A stretch of 6,079 nt of DNA from a virus. Shown here one piece after another: positions 4,786 to 6,079 of the stretch (positions within the stretch are counted from its first letter, which is position 1; every line of letters begins with the position of its first letter). The stretch lies in the IMG/VR virus record IMGVR_UViG_3300029421_000066; one strand, given 5' to 3'. The position numbers were made by a program, and so were the translations under genes. The notes beneath the pieces were generated by a model. The model ran no database searches. It was not told where the DNA came from and saw nothing but the letters and a program-made list of their open reading frames with translations.

Positions 4786-5825
4786 TAGAAAGGACAATAC
4801 TCTGCTGATAAGTATTGATACATGATATCTTCCTCTTCTCTTCTGATTTGCCTTCGTTGCGCTTTTTTTCTGTTTGTCAGATTTTGCAATTTTGTCATCT
4901 GATTGATCGCTTTTTTTCTTTCGATTTCCTCGATACTGTCTTCGTGTAGGCTGATTCCGTTCTCATTTTTTTCTTTGAGTAATCTTTCGTAGTAATCTTT
5001 GTTCACCGTGTTAGCTCCTATCACTTCGAATCCTTTTACCCATTTTATTCCTTTATCTTCGGCATATAGCCATAACAATTGCCTTTGATCGTCTGTATAT
5101 ATGGTTGTTTTGTAGTATCTTGGTAATGGTAAATCTTGTCCGTTATGTGTTTTATATGTAGTAATTGTTTTTTCTTTGTTCCATCTGTGTTTTAGTTGGT
5201 TTTCCTTTGCATAGTTTGCTCCAAGTCCTTTGCTGCATAGTACTATTGATATATAATCAGGATTGTCTTCATCCTTTTTTGTCATGTATTTTGATACATA
5301 GTTTATTGTTCTTTCATTGACATATCTTCCATAGTATTTGTATCCGTCTATCCAGTTTTCGTATAATAGTTTTGTTAATTGCCATTTTGTTTGACCTTCT
5401 CTTGCATAGAATAATCCGTGTAGGTGTATTCTTCTTGTATTGGTATGTCCTTTTTCCGTTACACACCAGTGCTTTACTGATTTTCCTGTTTCTTTTCTGA
5501 TTCTTTCTAGGAATAATCTGTGTATTTTTGTAATTATTTCGTTATCTTGTGATCCATCATTTTTAAATCCATATCTTTTACAAATATATTCATATCTTTG
5601 TGGAGATACTGTTCCTGTAAAAAACACTGCATGAGGTGTTTCTTTCAATTGTTCGTAGTTTCTAATTCTCCATTCTCTTCTCTTTTTTTTACGACATTCG
5701 AAACAGTGTCCGCATTCTACTTCTACATATCTAAATCTTTCGTCTGTACATGTAGGCGGATTCCACCCATTCTTACGATTAGGCAGAAACCGCTTATTTA
5801 GTACCTTTTTAGTGAAATAACACAT
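4785..5825 (-). CDS. Replication initiation protein VP4 (HUH rolling-circle endonuclease, phiX174 A-like), 346 aa
   Basis: ATG at 5825 and TAG at 4787..4785. A Cys cluster C38-GH-C41-FE-C44-R lies at 5694..5714. RCR motif 1 is FFTGTV (5607..5624). Motif 2 (HUH) is RI-H134-L-H136-GLFY, with codons CAC CTA CAC verified at 5418..5426. Motif 3 has two tyrosines, Y176-VSK-Y180-MTKK (5286..5300). Confidence 0.93.
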   Translation of the reverse strand: MCYFTKKVLNKRFLPNRKNGWNPPTCTDERFRYVEVECGHCFECRKKKRREWRIRNYEQLKETPHAVFFTGTVSPQRYEYICKRYGFKNDGSQDNEIITKIHRLFLERIRKETGKSVKHWCVTEKGHTNTRRIHLHGLFYAREGQTKWQLTKLLYENWIDGYKYYGRYVNERTINYVSKYMTKKDEDNPDYISIVLCSKGLGANYAKENQLKHRWNKEKTITTYKTHNGQDLPLPRYYKTTIYTDDQRQLLWLYAEDKGIKWVKGFEVIGANTVNKDYYERLLKEKNENGISLHEDSIEEIERKKAINQMTKLQNLTNRKKAQRRQIRREEEDIMYQYLSAEYCPF

Positions 5826-6079
5826 TATTCAGTCATTTGTCTTGTTACAGTTGTACTTTGATTTCCGTTATTGTCCCAGTACTCCTTTATGGTTTTGAGT
5901 ACCTTTCCTGCTTTTCCTGCTGGTAGGAAGTCTGTTATAATTTTTATGATTTCCGCTCCTTCGTGAATACCGCCGTAAATCCATTCTCGTAGATTCTTGT
6001 CTTCTTCGTTGCTTAAGTGTCCTTTCCCAAGTTCGTATTCGTTTTTCACTTTTTCGTATGTAGCTTTGGCTATTTCTTG
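5825..6079 (-). CDS. C-terminal part of the same VP2 gene. Unique sequence is 5825..5956; 5957..6079 duplicates 1..123. The GTG 'start' at 6049 in the ORF track is an internal Val codon.
   Basis: The frame is open from the right window edge to the TAA at 5827..5825. Residues ...EIAKATYEKVKNEYELGKGHLSNEEDKNLREWIYGGIHEG are read identically from 1..123. The stop overlaps the VP4 start in the sequence TAATG. Confidence 0.8.
   Translation of the reverse strand, partial: QEIAKATYEKVKNEYELGKGHLSNEEDKNLREWIYGGIHEGAEIIKIITDFLPAGKAGKVLKTIKEYWDNNGNQSTTVTRQMTE
5957..6079. repeat. Right copy of the 123-nt exact terminal redundancy; unit genome length is 5,956 nt
   Basis: This is the same match as above: 5957 pairs with 1 and 6079 pairs with 123. 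Confidence 0.95.

Noticed and set aside
1337-5801. Other plus-strand ORFs (1337..1522, 2291..2548, 2588..2773, 2939..3265, 4113..4379, 5440..5634, 5598..5801)
   Set aside because: All are antisense to well-supported minus-strand genes (VP1, VP4 and the small ORFs) and show the same Phe/Leu/Cys/Ser-rich junk composition. Microviridae are not known to code on the complementary strand.
5957-6079. The terminal direct repeat as a biological repeat (LTR, att duplication, transposon end)
   Set aside because: It is an exact 123-nt direct copy lying within a reading frame that is only completed by joining the ends. This is the signature of a circular molecule assembled or linearised with overlap, not of a mobile-element terminus. 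A prophage att duplication cannot be excluded absolutely, but no host-like flanking sequence is present.
1-6079. CRISPR arrays, IS elements, integrase or recombinase genes, alternative genetic code
   Set aside because: No spaced direct repeats, transposase-like or integrase-like ORFs are present. All genes close with TAA or TAG under the standard bacterial code and need no recoding. The absence of TGA stops among 8 genes is unremarkable in an AT-rich genome.

Overview
The window appears to be one complete, circularly permuted genome of a small ssDNA phage of the family Microviridae, given as the reverse complement of its coding strand. Bases 1..123 are identical to 5957..6079, so the unit circle is 5,956 nt. 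All credible genes lie on the minus strand. In coding order they are: a Bacteroides-type promoter, four small ORFan genes (78, 88, 66 and 77 aa), the major capsid protein VP1 (659 aa), a 112-aa protein, a 163-nt spacer with a terminator-like hairpin, the pilot/minor capsid protein VP2 (372 aa), the HUH replication initiator VP4 (346 aa), and a 409-nt structured non-coding region. VP2 is split across the window ends and largely missed by the ORF track. The large VP1, AT-rich sequence, general lack of Shine-Dalgarno sites and the TTTG-N19-TAnnTTTG promoter suggest an Alpavirinae-like, Bacteroidota-infecting lineage; this is inference and no database search was possible. The items most worth follow-up are: (1) a 66-aa signal-anchor or lipoprotein-like ORF, which is the only lysis or superinfection-exclusion candidate; (2) the four-gene ORFan cassette upstream of VP1; (3) a GC-rich hairpin cluster in the large intergenic region, a candidate ssDNA origin or priming element; (4) clustered ATGTTAA/TTAACAT repeats, one of which matches 9 nt of the XerD arm of dif, a candidate XerCD attP or operator. 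Plus-strand ORFs in the track are antisense artefacts of the T-rich strand.
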